From Nemertoderma westbladi (lineage: Eukaryota; Animalia; Xenacoelomorpha), in contig JAUCBJ010005486.1 of assembly GCA_032718475.1 (NCBI GenBank), forward strand, positions 1 through 64,000: a DNA stretch of 64,000 nt. The letters are read 5' to 3'. The notes beneath the pieces are model-generated. The model was not told the origin of the DNA, did no database searches, and worked only from the letters and a program-made list of their open reading frames with translations. Position 1 is the first letter of the stretch. The number at the start of each line of letters is the position of its first letter. This document shows, piece by piece, positions 38,093 through 49,215 of this stretch. A program made the translations under genes and the position numbers.

Positions 38093-39864
38093 CAAGGTGT
38101 ACTAAATAACAGGTCATGAAGCGAGAGGGGTATAGAAATTAGCGGGGGCCTAACTAAGCAACAGCGTACCTACTGTATAGTACTCGTTTCTACTGTATAA
38201 TACAATTCCAGAATTCCATAGAGTTGATTAGTAAATGCGACACCCGTGTTTTATAAATGTTGGTTGTGTGACTAGCTATTTGCTAGAGTAGGCTACTCTA
38301 CATATAAATGCTAGAAACATTGGATGCAACGTAATGTTGTTATTGTACGATAATTAAGTAAAATATTTGTCAAAACACAAAGAGGAACACCTTAAATACA
38401 TTGTACTGTACAAGCCTAATACATATATCAGAAGCCCGCCTATTGTTACTAGGACCACACTCGGGTCCTCAGCGTCACACTATTCGTGAAGAAAGATGGG
38501 GAGAAAGTGTAGTGTTGCTGGTTGTCGTACGGGGTACAAACCCACTGAAGATAATCCTGGTCCTGGTCCCAATCCCAAGGTAACAATGCACAGATTTCCC
38601 ACGGACCCAACCGAACTTCAGAAGTGGCTACATCGGCTACCGAATTTTATAGACCCTGATGCAGTCACCGGAAATATGGGAGTGTGTGGATTGCACTGGC
38701 CTGGTGGTTGTGCCATGAGGACAGCACCCGGCGGTGCTTTATCACCAGTGAATGCACCAAGCATCTTCATAACGGAACTGAACCGTGGCGGTTTGGTTTA
38801 TCCGGATGATGAGTTGGTTTCTTTTTGCTTTCTAGCATTCAACTTCTTTCGTCAATCACCAACACAGTTCTGCCGTACGATTTTCGTGCAAGCTCTGAAG
38901 AATATTGCCGAGATATATTTCACTGATGGAATGTTTACTTTTCCGTTTTTCAGGAAACTCTCAAACGTGTTGTTTCATAATTTCTGCCACAATACGGTGA
39001 AGGTCGCTGATGTGACACCGAAGCGGTGCAGGAACGACAAAGACCAGTCCAAAGTTCGAAAACTCCGACAATTGTCATTAAACTGTATTTTGTACTACAA
39101 TGTTTGTGAATTATAATGATAAAACAGTGCAATAAATTTAACACTCAGATAAAAAATATATTGAAATGATCCGAAACATAACCAGTTTATCATCATATCT
39201 ATTCTAACTGACATTCTGAAAGATTGCGTGTGGCACATTTGTTAAATTGTAAAAGCACTGCAAACAATAGCAATACTCTAATGATTGAAAGTCCATCAAA
39301 TGACAAAACGTAAAATTTATAAGTATTTTTCGTCCCATAGTGAAATAAAGTACCGGGAAAATAACGTAAAGTAACAAATTGGAAACATTAATAAAGCAAC
39401 TATGAAAAAGTGTGTTCGTTTGCAATGTATAATGATACCATATAATGTTACGTTTAACAGTCAACAGTGAAATAAAGTAACACAGGTGAGTGAAATAAAG
39501 TGAATGGTCACTAATCTTCAAACCATGTAATACAGGATATGTTTCCGCAGGCTGACATAGATATTATGATAATTCAACGTGACGTGGCCGAGATAATGTA
39601 CAATGTTGTGTTTAAAAGTGAAATAAACTAACTTAGGAATGTGAAATAAAGTGATGAATGACCAATAATTTTCAAACCATGTGATAGAAGATATGTGTCG
39701 GCATGTTCACAGAAATTTTAAAAAAATTTCACCAAGATGCCGCTGAGATATATATGATAGTGTGCGGTGCTTTAAAACCATATCAGTAAACGCTATTGCT
39801 TACTTAGGCCCCCGCTAATTTCAATACCCCCCTCGCTGCATGACCTGTTATTTAGTACACCTTG
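38093..39864 (+). mobile_element. Internally deleted P-superfamily element
   Basis: ~70-bp TIRs starting CAAGG, perfect 8-bp TSD GGGTGGAG, THAP ORF. Confidence 0.88.
38496..39116 (+). CDS. THAP zinc finger fused to P-transposase C-terminus (206 aa)
   Basis: CSVAGC...HRFP...W...VCGLHW...P then ELNRGGLVYP; catalytic core absent. Confidence 0.75.
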   Translation: MGRKCSVAGCRTGYKPTEDNPGPGPNPKVTMHRFPTDPTELQKWLHRLPNFIDPDAVTGNMGVCGLHWPGGCAMRTAPGGALSPVNAPSIFITELNRGGLVYPDDELVSFCFLAFNFFRQSPTQFCRTIFVQALKNIAEIYFTDGMFTFPFFRKLSNVLFHNFCHNTVKVADVTPKRCRNDKDQSKVRKLRQLSLNCILYYNVCEL

Positions 39865-40838
39865 GGGTGGAGGTTGATGTATTGACGCTACGGCTAATAT
39901 ATAGCCTGCTTCTAGCCAAAGTTACCCGTTGCCATGGCAACTGGGAACTTAAAAGTAGTGGATATTGTCCTTATACTTGATATATTGGTGGTAGACTCTG
40001 ATCCCATGACGCTACGACCACCGCATTACGCCCGTTTAAAGCCTGTTGCTAAGGACAATGTCATTACTGCTAACTTTGAAGGTTGTTCTCACTTGGTTAC
40101 TAAGGTATATTACAATTATTTGTGACGGGATCCAAGGAGGATCCCGGTTTATCCGGTTGTTCCAATTACGCGTCCCCGCCGTGTGAGTGAAAAGAGTTTA
40201 GTTAAGAGTTCTAATATTGTTGATGTTCTAACGGTATAAATATAATATGACAAGCACAAACAGTTATTACAGCAGAATAAGATGATTGATATATGAGTGA
40301 ATGATGACAGCAGTGGACGGGGACGGTATTAGAAGTCTCCGCTCTGCCCTAGCTAACCGACTAACAGAATGAGATAACTGATAACATGACAACTGGTAAC
40401 TGGTAATATATTGCACGGGTTGGCCGTTGTTACATTACTCAGCCGGTGCCTTCCCCCCATTGGATAATAACCCTGTTGTCGCCCTTTTACCTCCCCTGAA
40501 GTGCTTCCCTTCGCCCCTGCTATTCTCTCTCTTCCAGGGGTGTAACCCCTGACCTCTATTGTGCGTTTCTCCTTCCCACTTTGTTGGGGTGACACGAGGT
40601 TGGGCAATCAACCTCGTGCTCCCAATATTGCGTAACGGCTCATTTTGTGGGGTGTTAGCGGAATTGGATAAGCTAACATTATTTAATAATTATTATTTTA
40701 TTTAAGTATTTAAGACCACTTAAGCTGGACAGTCTAATAAAAGGAAACTGATAATTTTGCTATCAAATTAATATGGCAGCACAAATGCCAGTGTTCTAGA
40801 ATGTTTTGAAATTGATAGTTGTTAGTTTTACTTATATA

Positions 40839-41750
40839 CACCATGTCCTGGAATATAGTGTCGTTATTCTGGTACATGCCCCCCCCCCCCCCCCCCAAAA
40901 AAAAAAAAATTTTCTACAAATATTAATGAGATTACATGAAATTTGAAACAGAGATAGTTTCACCTCCCTCCTCATTGCTGGGTGAGCCAGAATTTTTATT
41001 TTCGCTTTCATTCTTTAGCTACAAGCTTTTGAAAATAGTGTCTCCGGCGGAATTGCACCAGTCACACCGCATTTATTCTCCAACCTTATTATGATTTGTT
41101 AGTACTAATTTAAAGCCAGTCGTACAAGGATTCCAAAAATGTATAAACCTTTGAATTTGGTAGAGAAATATCCGAGATATGGGAATTCGAAAGTTGCATG
41201 TATTTGCTTCCCCTGCACGCCATTTATTCTATTTAATAAATACATCAAATTCTGGAACATTTTGTTTATCCCGTACGTAGCTGGGCAACAATGCAATGCT
41301 TCTTTAAACATACTATTATGTAGCTATTCATACATAAACAAAATGTTCTAGAGTGTTTATATTTAATAGAACAAAACAGCCTCGCGCAGGTGCAAAACCA
41401 TGAAACTTTTGAACGCTCATATCTCAGCTATTTCACAACCAAATTCAAATATTTTTACATTTTTGGAATCCTTGCATGGTTAGCTTTCTATTTCTACCAA
41501 CGAATCGCGATAAGGTTCATGAATAACTGCAGTGTAACTGGTGAAATATCACTGGAGACACCTTTTTCAAACGCTTGTAGCTAAAGATTGAAAGCAAAAA
41601 TAAAAATTCTGGCTTACCCAGTAAGGAGGAGGGTGGTGAACCTAACTCTGTTTCAAATTTCATGCAATCTCATTAAGATTTGTAGAAAAATTTGGGGGGG
41701 GGGAGGGGTCCATATACCAGAATAACGACACTATATTCCAGGAAATGGTG
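40839..41750. mobile_element. TA-flanked MITE with long TIRs
   Basis: caccatgtcctggaatatagtgtcgttattctgg / ccagaataacgacactatattccaggaaatggtg; inverted similarity over >200 bp. Confidence 0.85.
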
Positions 41751-41929
41751 TAAATTATGTTAATAATCATATTTAAAAAATAGGAAATTGGAAATATTTA
41801 ACATTTTAACTGATTAAATTAAACATAAAGTAACGTTTTAAATGGAGGTACAGTACTGTAGTAGGCCTACCTGTAGTTAATGAAGTTACTTTTTGATTTA
41901 TAGTATTTCATTTGGTTCGTATCAACGCT

Positions 41930-42859
41930 ATGGCCACCCAAAGCAACTATTATGATACCCTTTCGGATACAGCGGGATTAATTTTAGCTTTTAATAGAAC
42001 TCATTACAGAGTTTTAAAAATTCGTGACCCGCCATTGACAATTTCCTTCGATGGTAGAACAATGTCCCTTAATTGGCACACACTACATACAAGAAATGAA
42101 GGAAGAATTGTGAGATTTGATCCTCAGCACAAGACTTCAATACACGCTGGTGATTACCCTTTTATGGAATCCTTCCACTGTGTAAAGATAGAAAATATTA
42201 ACTCCTATAGCTATTACATTGGATTTCAAAATCATTACGACGTTATTAAGTTCTACGAAGCACTCAACCAAATCGACAAAAATCAATCTCAATTGAATTG
42301 TACGCTTGTAAATGATCCCATTTGGAATGGAAGAGAACACCCACTGGGGAAGCTGCAACATACGGCACAGCAACCACATGGTAGTAGTGGGGCGCACCCA
42401 CGGCCGTATCCACCGGTAGAGCAACCACATGGTTGGTCACGTTGGGCGCAGCCACCGGTGCTGCCACCGCTGTCAGCAACGGGGAAGGCGCTCTATGGGG
42501 CAACAGGAAGTATAAATAGGAGAAGTGAAGATTTCGAAGGGGGGTCAGGGAGGTTGGATAGTGACCCGGTGGTCTCAGCTCATCAGAATAGACGCCATGT
42601 TGCAACACTAACAAACCTAACAACCATGTTGGTAGCGAATATGGAGGTCGACGAGTTACTTATTATACTCCAGAGCAGTGGTGTGTTGGATTCACATGAA
42701 ACCGAATTGGTCAGAACACGTAGAACCAGCCAAGACAAAAATATTGAGCTAATTGAAATTATGAAGATGAAAACACTTAGCGATTTCCTTGTATTCGTTA
42801 TGGCTTTGGAGTCAACCAACCAAAAACACATTGCTGATGAAATTTGTAAAAAAATTTAA
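41930..42859 (+). CDS. CARD-domain protein with putative N-terminal PH/EVH1-like domain, single coding exon
   Basis: Intact 309-aa ORF from ATG 41930; C-terminal LVANMEVDELLIILQSSGVL...TSQDKNIELIEIM...FLVFVMAL..TNQKHIADEI fits CARD; AATAAA at ~42996. Confidence 0.75.
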   Translation: MATQSNYYDTLSDTAGLILAFNRTHYRVLKIRDPPLTISFDGRTMSLNWHTLHTRNEGRIVRFDPQHKTSIHAGDYPFMESFHCVKIENINSYSYYIGFQNHYDVIKFYEALNQIDKNQSQLNCTLVNDPIWNGREHPLGKLQHTAQQPHGSSGAHPRPYPPVEQPHGWSRWAQPPVLPPLSATGKALYGATGSINRRSEDFEGGSGRLDSDPVVSAHQNRRHVATLTNLTTMLVANMEVDELLIILQSSGVLDSHETELVRTRRTSQDKNIELIEIMKMKTLSDFLVFVMALESTNQKHIADEICKKI

Positions 42860-43319
42860 GAACAATGTGAAGATTAACAACATTTTTCTTAATTAAGACA
42901 AAAAACAGCTTTAATTATATTTTACAGTGAATATAACAATTAAGTTAATTTAACAATTTATAATCTATTATTTTGTAACAAATATTGAAAGCAATAATAA
43001 ACACATTATATCACTCAATTATTACGTCCTTATGGTATTAGTTCTAGTAACGATTTTCTCTAACTTTTAGTTCAAAACTTAATGTTAACAGGAAAGCAAT
43101 GAAAAGTGTTGCCATTGCATCATAGTACAGGTCGATCATGTATGTAGTTTTGCGACACTTGAGAAAAACATGGACTAATAAATTGGTGGAAAAGTGCCAC
43201 ATGTTTTTCCAAATTGCAAATGTGCCACTATTGTTAGATTCAAGTTTAGAAAAATTCTGGTCATGCAAGAAGCAAAATATATATATGAATAAACTGTATC
43301 AAACATAATATTTACCAAC

Positions 43320-43503
43320 CAGTTTGTCGTTGAGGTACCAAACGAGATCTGGCATAGGTCTCCCAACAACTCGGCAGTCCAACCGAGCGTTTTTTCCTTC
43401 CTTGGCTCGCACTGCGTTGGGGAGATTAGTAAAGTGGGGGGCATAAAGTTTCTCTTGTACGCCGCCTTCGGTGTGGTGAGAGCGGCGTTGAGCCTTGGAA
43501 TCC
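43320..43503 (-). CDS. Titin-like exon 3
   Basis: tatttag|...|gttggt; QEKLYAPHFTNLPNAVRAKEGKNARLDCRVVGRPMPDLVWYLNDKL resembles the titin Z-disc Ig motif VVGRPMP; 184 nt, phase 2-0. Confidence 0.9.
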
Positions 43504-43641
43504 CTAAATAAACATATGTAAGTACATTAGTACACTTAATACCTAGAGAAATGACATATTAGTAAATTGAATTCATAAGTAAATATTTGAAACCCTCGGC
43601 CTATAGGAAAGATACATAATACATAGGAGAAACAAACGAAC

Positions 43642-43883
43642 CTTACCACCATCTGCTTCATGGTGCCGGTAATATGATCAGGTATTTCCGGGTCACCTTG
43701 TCCATCGATATACATGCTACCAGAAGAGACAGCAACATCATTGGGGTTGTCTGCCAGCACAGTGTAATGACCCGCATCTTCGGGGAAAACGACATTCACG
43801 CATAGAGTAGCTATCCCTGACTTATAAACCGAACTTATTCGTTGGGACGGACGGACTGGTTTACCCTCCTTGAACCACGCGAT
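43642..43883 (-). CDS. Titin-like exon 2
   Basis: catttag|IAWFKEGK...VVFPEDAGHYTVLADNP...SSGSMYID; donor AG|gttcgt chosen to keep phase (the GTAAG 5 nt upstream would break frame). Confidence 0.85.
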
Positions 43884-44016
43884 CTAAATGTAATAAATGG
43901 AACCCGCTAACTAACAGAGTAATAAATAAATTGTGTACGAGTTGGTAAGTACTTCGGGTGTCAGTAGCTGAATCTTGGATATTATTTGCGTGAATATTTA
44001 TCGGTAATGAAATGTA

Positions 44017-44575
44017 ATTAGTGCCCGAGAATATTGTCTGCAAGTTCGACGTTAGTGCCCGCGAGTGATTAGCGCAGAAGACCTTGTCTGCAAGAGAGAC
44101 GTTAGTTCCCGCGAGTCATTAGTGCCCGAGGACCTTGTCTGCAAGTGAGACGTTAGTGTCCGCGAGTCATTAGTGCCCGAGGACCTTGTCTGCAAGTGAG
44201 ACGTTAGTGTCCGAGAGTCATTAGTGCCCGAAGACCTTGTCTGCAAGTGAGACGTTAGTGTCCGCGAGTCATTAGTGCCCGAGGACCTTGTCTGCAAGTG
44301 AGACGTTAGTGCCCGCGAGTCATTAGTGACCGAGGACCTTGTCTGCAAGTGAGACGTTAGTGTCCGCGAGTCATTAGTGCCCGAAGACCTTGTCTGCAAG
44401 TGAGACGTTAGTGTCCGCGAGTCATTAGTGCCCGAGGACCTTGTCTGCAAGTGAGACGTTAGTGCCCGCGAGTCATTAGTGACCGAGGACCTTGTCTGCA
44501 AGTGAGACGCTAGTGTCCGCGAGTCATTAGTGCCCGAGGACCTTGTCTGCAAGTGAGACGTTAGTGCCCTCGAGT
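44017..44575. repeat. 51-bp intronic minisatellite, ~11 copies
   Basis: Unit ttagtgcccgaggaccttgtctgcaagtgagacgttagtgtccgcgagtca. Confidence 0.95.
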
Positions 44576-44632
44576 CTGTATACAGTGATTACAGCTTGTA
44601 GTATATTTTTTTAATATGTATGTGTACATTAC

Positions 44633-44767
44633 CTTCGGGGACGGATTTCCAGTTATTCGACATTGGAAAACAGCCGGAGAACCCTCAAGTATTTTGCAGT
44701 CGTGTAGTTTAGTAGTAAACTGAGGAGGTCGGGGGTTTCCGCCTTGAGAAGAAGAATCAACATCAGC
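44633..44767 (-). CDS. Titin-like exon 1 of those found
   Basis: tatttag|ADVD...PPQFTTKLHDCKILEGSPAVFQCRITGNPSPK|gtaatg; 135 nt, phase 0-0. Confidence 0.9.
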
Positions 44768-45586
44768 CTAAATAAAAATATTAGACAATAAACATCATAA
44801 ACATCATTTATTTCAAATTTTAGGGGCAATTTTTATTGCTGCATGTTGCCAATACTAGTCTGGTTCCTTTTTGCCAAAATAATGATGGCGAAGGCAAATT
44901 CGGGTAATGGCTGGCCAACGGTTTTAAGCTAAATCGACTGTGCTGATTCCGAATCCGTCTGATGCCAAGCTCAATTGTGAATTGTTGGGTCCCGTTTCAC
45001 CATGGGCTAAAATCATGAAACATTCCAAATATATTGTCAATATGACCCTCTATATTTTTAATGGTGGCGCCACAAAAATGGAATAGCAGTTGCCATGTAT
45101 CCATGGAAACTAGCAAAAAATAACCTTGTACAATGTTTCATCACTTTACATATAGTTACTATCAGTTTAAAAAGAAATCCATTTAGGGTCAATTACCTTA
45201 CATGTTCATAACCCAAGACAATTATATACTGTCGCAGCACGTCTTTTCTTATTACCATAGCAACGGGAAACATTTTGTAATATGTAGAATATCCGTCAGA
45301 AACATGTCGTATGTATTTCAGATGCATATCAATATGTTATATAGTCAACATTCATGATCACAAGCGAAGTCATTATTTTATTGTTACCATAGCAACGGGC
45401 ATATTTTATTATTTATGTATTTCCAATATCGTTTTGGTATTTTATTCGCCTTAGAGGTTAATAATTTAAGGAGTTTTGATAATTAAAAGTATATGGGATC
45501 TTCTGTAGTTATTCTATTTGACAAAGTCATGTTTTATGGTCATAGCAACGGGAGTTTTCCTCCTAATCCGGGAATAAGGATCCGGG

Positions 45587-45659
45587 AGCGGAGGCGGCTT
45601 TGTTCTAATGTCAAGCTTCGGGGAACCAATGAGACACCTCCAATGTTATATAGTGTCTG
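45587..45659 (-). mobile_element. Small RTE fragment
   Basis: Reverse complement of ~373-445. Confidence 0.8.
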
Positions 45660-46169
45660 AGTAGTACAGTCTTGGGCGGCTCGGCGACAGTTAGACCCCA
45701 CTGACTGGCGACAGAATGTCTGGGTGACACCCAATGTCACCCTATGGGTGTCATTGGCGCCAGACTGTCTGGGTGAAACCTCCTAATTAGGCTAATAAGA
45801 CCCTAATTGACCGGTGTCATCAATTAATTAGTACTATTAAACCCTAATAGGTGTCTTACGACTCCTAATTAGGGTTTAATTGATTATCCTAATTAATCAA
45901 TCCGATACGCAATGGTGTCAGTGTTGTCTAACTGTCGCCTAGAGGCCCAAGAGGGTGTCATAAGGGTGACACCGCAACTCTTTTATTTATTAATACTTAT
46001 TTATTTGTATTTAATTTTAATTTATTTATTTGTATTTATTTTTACTTTATTTATTTAAACTTTATTTAATTGTACTTTATTTTAAATTAATTAATTGTAT
46101 TACTTTTACTTGATTTATTTGTATTTAATTTTAAATTAATTATTTATTTGTACTTTATTTTAAATTATA

Positions 46170-48345
46170 GTTTCCAGGTATAGGAGATAGTTTCCATCAA
46201 CAAAAATACCCGCAATGTTGGAATTCGTCTTTGACATCTGCCTTACCTAAAAGATGTGATTCATCATTTTCTGAAAAAACCAGCTTCAGACCAGTATGTG
46301 TTACTCCTTTGAGTTCTAGGTGTTTAGACAGATTGGCTCTAGATATATTTCGTAATGCAAGTAAATCCACTGATGATATTTTTCAATTTGCATACAAAAC
46401 AGGTTATTCTAAAGCTGATGCGATCTTATACCTCCTTCATCAGATTACAAAAGCGTTAGATGAAAGACACACAATTTTAAAATGTTTATTCATAGACTAC
46501 TCATCTGCTTTTAACACAGTGTTACAAAACAAGTTTTTAAACAGACTTTTAGACGAATTACCAATAGAGATGCGTTGGTTGGCCAGCTGGCTTCACTCAT
46601 ACATGAGTGGTTTCTCTCAATCGGTTAAATCTGGAAAAAACATATCTTCCTCTATTTCACTGAAAGTTGGTTTTCCCCAAGGGGGTCCTCTTAGTGGACC
46701 TTTGTTTACCAAAGACACTGATGAAATTCGAGCTGACGATGGATCCCTAGCAAAATATTCTGATGACTCAAGAAATCTACAGGCGATAAGGCATTCTGCA
46801 GAAAATGATAAATATAAGTCTAACATCCAGCGAATTGTTGAGCTATCACATGGAAAAAACTTAAAGATAAACGCAAAGAAATCTGAAGAACTATGTTTCA
46901 TTCCAATGAACTTTAAAGAACAGAAAGTTCTAGATATCGCAGAAGAAATAATCCACATAGATGGTGACGAGGTTCCGCGTCCGTCCGAAGTGAAACATCT
47001 TGGAATATGGATTGCAAATAATCTATCATGGAAAACTCATATATTTAAACTTATAAAAAGAGTAAATTACATAGTTCGCCAATTCATCCGGTTTGCAAAT
47101 AAAGATACAAAAATATTTCTCTTTGAAACCTACATTGTACCACAATATATGTACTGTGCGGTTGCGTGGGTCCCCCTCATTCCAAAGAATCTCAAAAAGA
47201 AGTTAAAGAGGCCACTGTCGCTGTTTGCCAAACACTCAAAAATTGAAAAACAAGTTTACATGAACAATATAAATGATGCGTTTTCCAAACAGTTCACCAA
47301 CATGGTAAAGAAAATTGTGGACACGCCGAGTCATCCTCTACACGCTTTCATTATTGGTTTCCGATCAAACTCCACCGCAACTCGCAATAATTACAGAATG
47401 ACTGATAGTTGTTTGTTTATTGACATAATTTTTGAGATGGAAACTCGCATGTAATTCAAACCCTTCACCAATAGAGACACACACATTGATACATTGGCTA
47501 CATACTGTACGTTTAATGCAATAATACCCTCCACCAATACACACTTAAAATTAAGTCCAATTATACGCCGCTTCGTAATGCAAAAATGCGAAAAAAAAGA
47601 AAAATTCAATATATGTACATAACGCTCGTTTTTGTTCGTGTTCGTGAAATGGGCTATACTTAATGAGATGTATACTTAATTATTTGATTTATTATTAATT
47701 TATGGTTATTTTAATCCCTTCCTTGTTATTAATTTATACTTGAGCGGGCTCTAATACTTTAATAATTTTATGGCACATTGATGCGGATCGGGTTCCGAGG
47801 TTATCAAATACTCTGGACCAAGATCAGCTCTATACACGGACCAAGATGTTTCAAAACTCTTTCGCTCCAAGTGCTATTAGATATCTTATAAACAATGAGA
47901 TACCGATTTTCATGCAATGATATTTTATTTATGTATAGTTTTATCTACAATTCTTAAATATTGGCACGTTATTTTTAATTTAATTTTATTTTATTTCACT
48001 TATCTAGTTTGTAGGCTTATCGTTCAATTGTCAACGTATTTTCAATTTTTATTTATTTATTTATTATTTTACTTAGCCTGATTTTAATTTTTATTAAGTT
48101 GCTAATCTCAGCTAACAAGTGACATATACGGTTTAAAGTTTTATTTATTTTTACTGGAAATATTCAATTTTTAGCCACCGGGGGGGGGAATTTTATCATA
48201 CTTTTTAAAGTAATTTTAACGTATTATTTCTGTAATTATAAAGTTTTATGTAATCTGTGTTTGTGATTAACGGTAATTTTCCTATTTACATTCCTCCATA
48301 TGTACAGGTAATTAAACGAATTATTCATTCATTAATTCATTCATT
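46170..48345 (+). mobile_element. 5'-truncated Rex1/Babar-like LINE
   Basis: RT ORF 46231..47454 (FQFAY, FIDYSSAFNTV, GFPQG, KYSDD, SHPLH); detached C-terminus FQNSFAPSAIRYL at ~47850; (ATTC)n tail. Confidence 0.78.
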
Positions 48346-48584
48346 AATTAATTGTATTACTTTTACTTTTACTTTATACATTGATTTCTATTTTAATATT
48401 AATTAGTTTTTATATTACTAATGACATCATTATGACATAATGTCTATATTTAGCTCTATGGTATACAGCTCCCATACCGTTAACTTTATAATCTTTCCTC
48501 TCGCGACCCCTTTGTCTTCGTTATTCAATGGCGCCACTCTGGCTACCATTGAATAACATTGGGCAAACTTTATCTCGCCTCGTA

Positions 48585-48680
48585 TGACGTCATCAAAGCT
48601 GCTCTCTGATTGGTTTAATTATACATTCTTTTCTCCCTCCTATCCCCCGATTGGCTATCCCATTCTATCCCCTCTATAAT
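48585..48680 (+). promoter_or_regulatory. Pol II promoter-like cluster (CRE, two CCAAT boxes, TATA-like)
   Basis: TGACGTCA 48585, ATTGG 48609 and 48650, TATAAT 48675, upstream of ATG 48802. Confidence 0.5.
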
Positions 48681-48801
48681 AGCCACCCGTTCACCGCATT
48701 CCCATTCACTGTCTCATTGTTTTCCTGAAAAGTTTTAGTTATTTTCTTAAAAGAATTTATTTATTTTTATTTCCTAAACGAGTTACCGGTACACATTCAC
48801 G

Positions 48802-49215
48802 ATGGCACATTCAGAAATCAGCTATTCAAGCAACGATCTGGTTTGCAACGAAAATCAGTTTATGCTACTAGACAACTCGTTTGGTCTATATTTCGATTCG
48901 GCGAACAAACTCTTCCCGTTAACGATAAATACAACCTTAAACCAACCCATCCTGATTACGGCAAACTACACGCCCTTTATTTTCCGCGCCTGCTACGAAC
49001 TTCACGATGGACAATATCAAACCCTCGACGATAATAAACTTCATTCCTCCAACCACGGTTTCAAACTTTTAAAAAGGGACAACAAAATAAAGTTCAATCT
49101 AACTACTTCGCCCGAGACGTTTACGATTCCAACTAGTATAGTCGATTTTATTCGAGAAAACATCAACCAAGATGTGGCAAATCGTTTACTGGGTTTAACC
49201 ACTCTCGTAACCTCC
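48802..49215 (+). pseudogene. 5' part (138 aa) of an interrupted PC4-like-repeat ORF
   Basis: Ends LTTLVTS at the left TSD; in frame with 53814..54824. Confidence 0.7.

Larger units (their letters stand above)
34971..40035. mobile_element. Long-TIR foldback element with TTAA TSD, host to three nested insertions
   Basis: Left arm 34971-35107 + 36321-36500 is inverted relative to 37950-38092 + 39873-40035; TTAA on both sides. Confidence 0.8.

Noticed and set aside
40121-40637. Possible solo LTR (tgtgacg...cgtaacg)
   Set aside because: End is CG rather than CA, no TSD, no second copy in the window
44052-44552. 166-aa repetitive ORF as a titin exon
   Set aside because: 51-bp minisatellite; flanking exons join directly to complete one Ig domain
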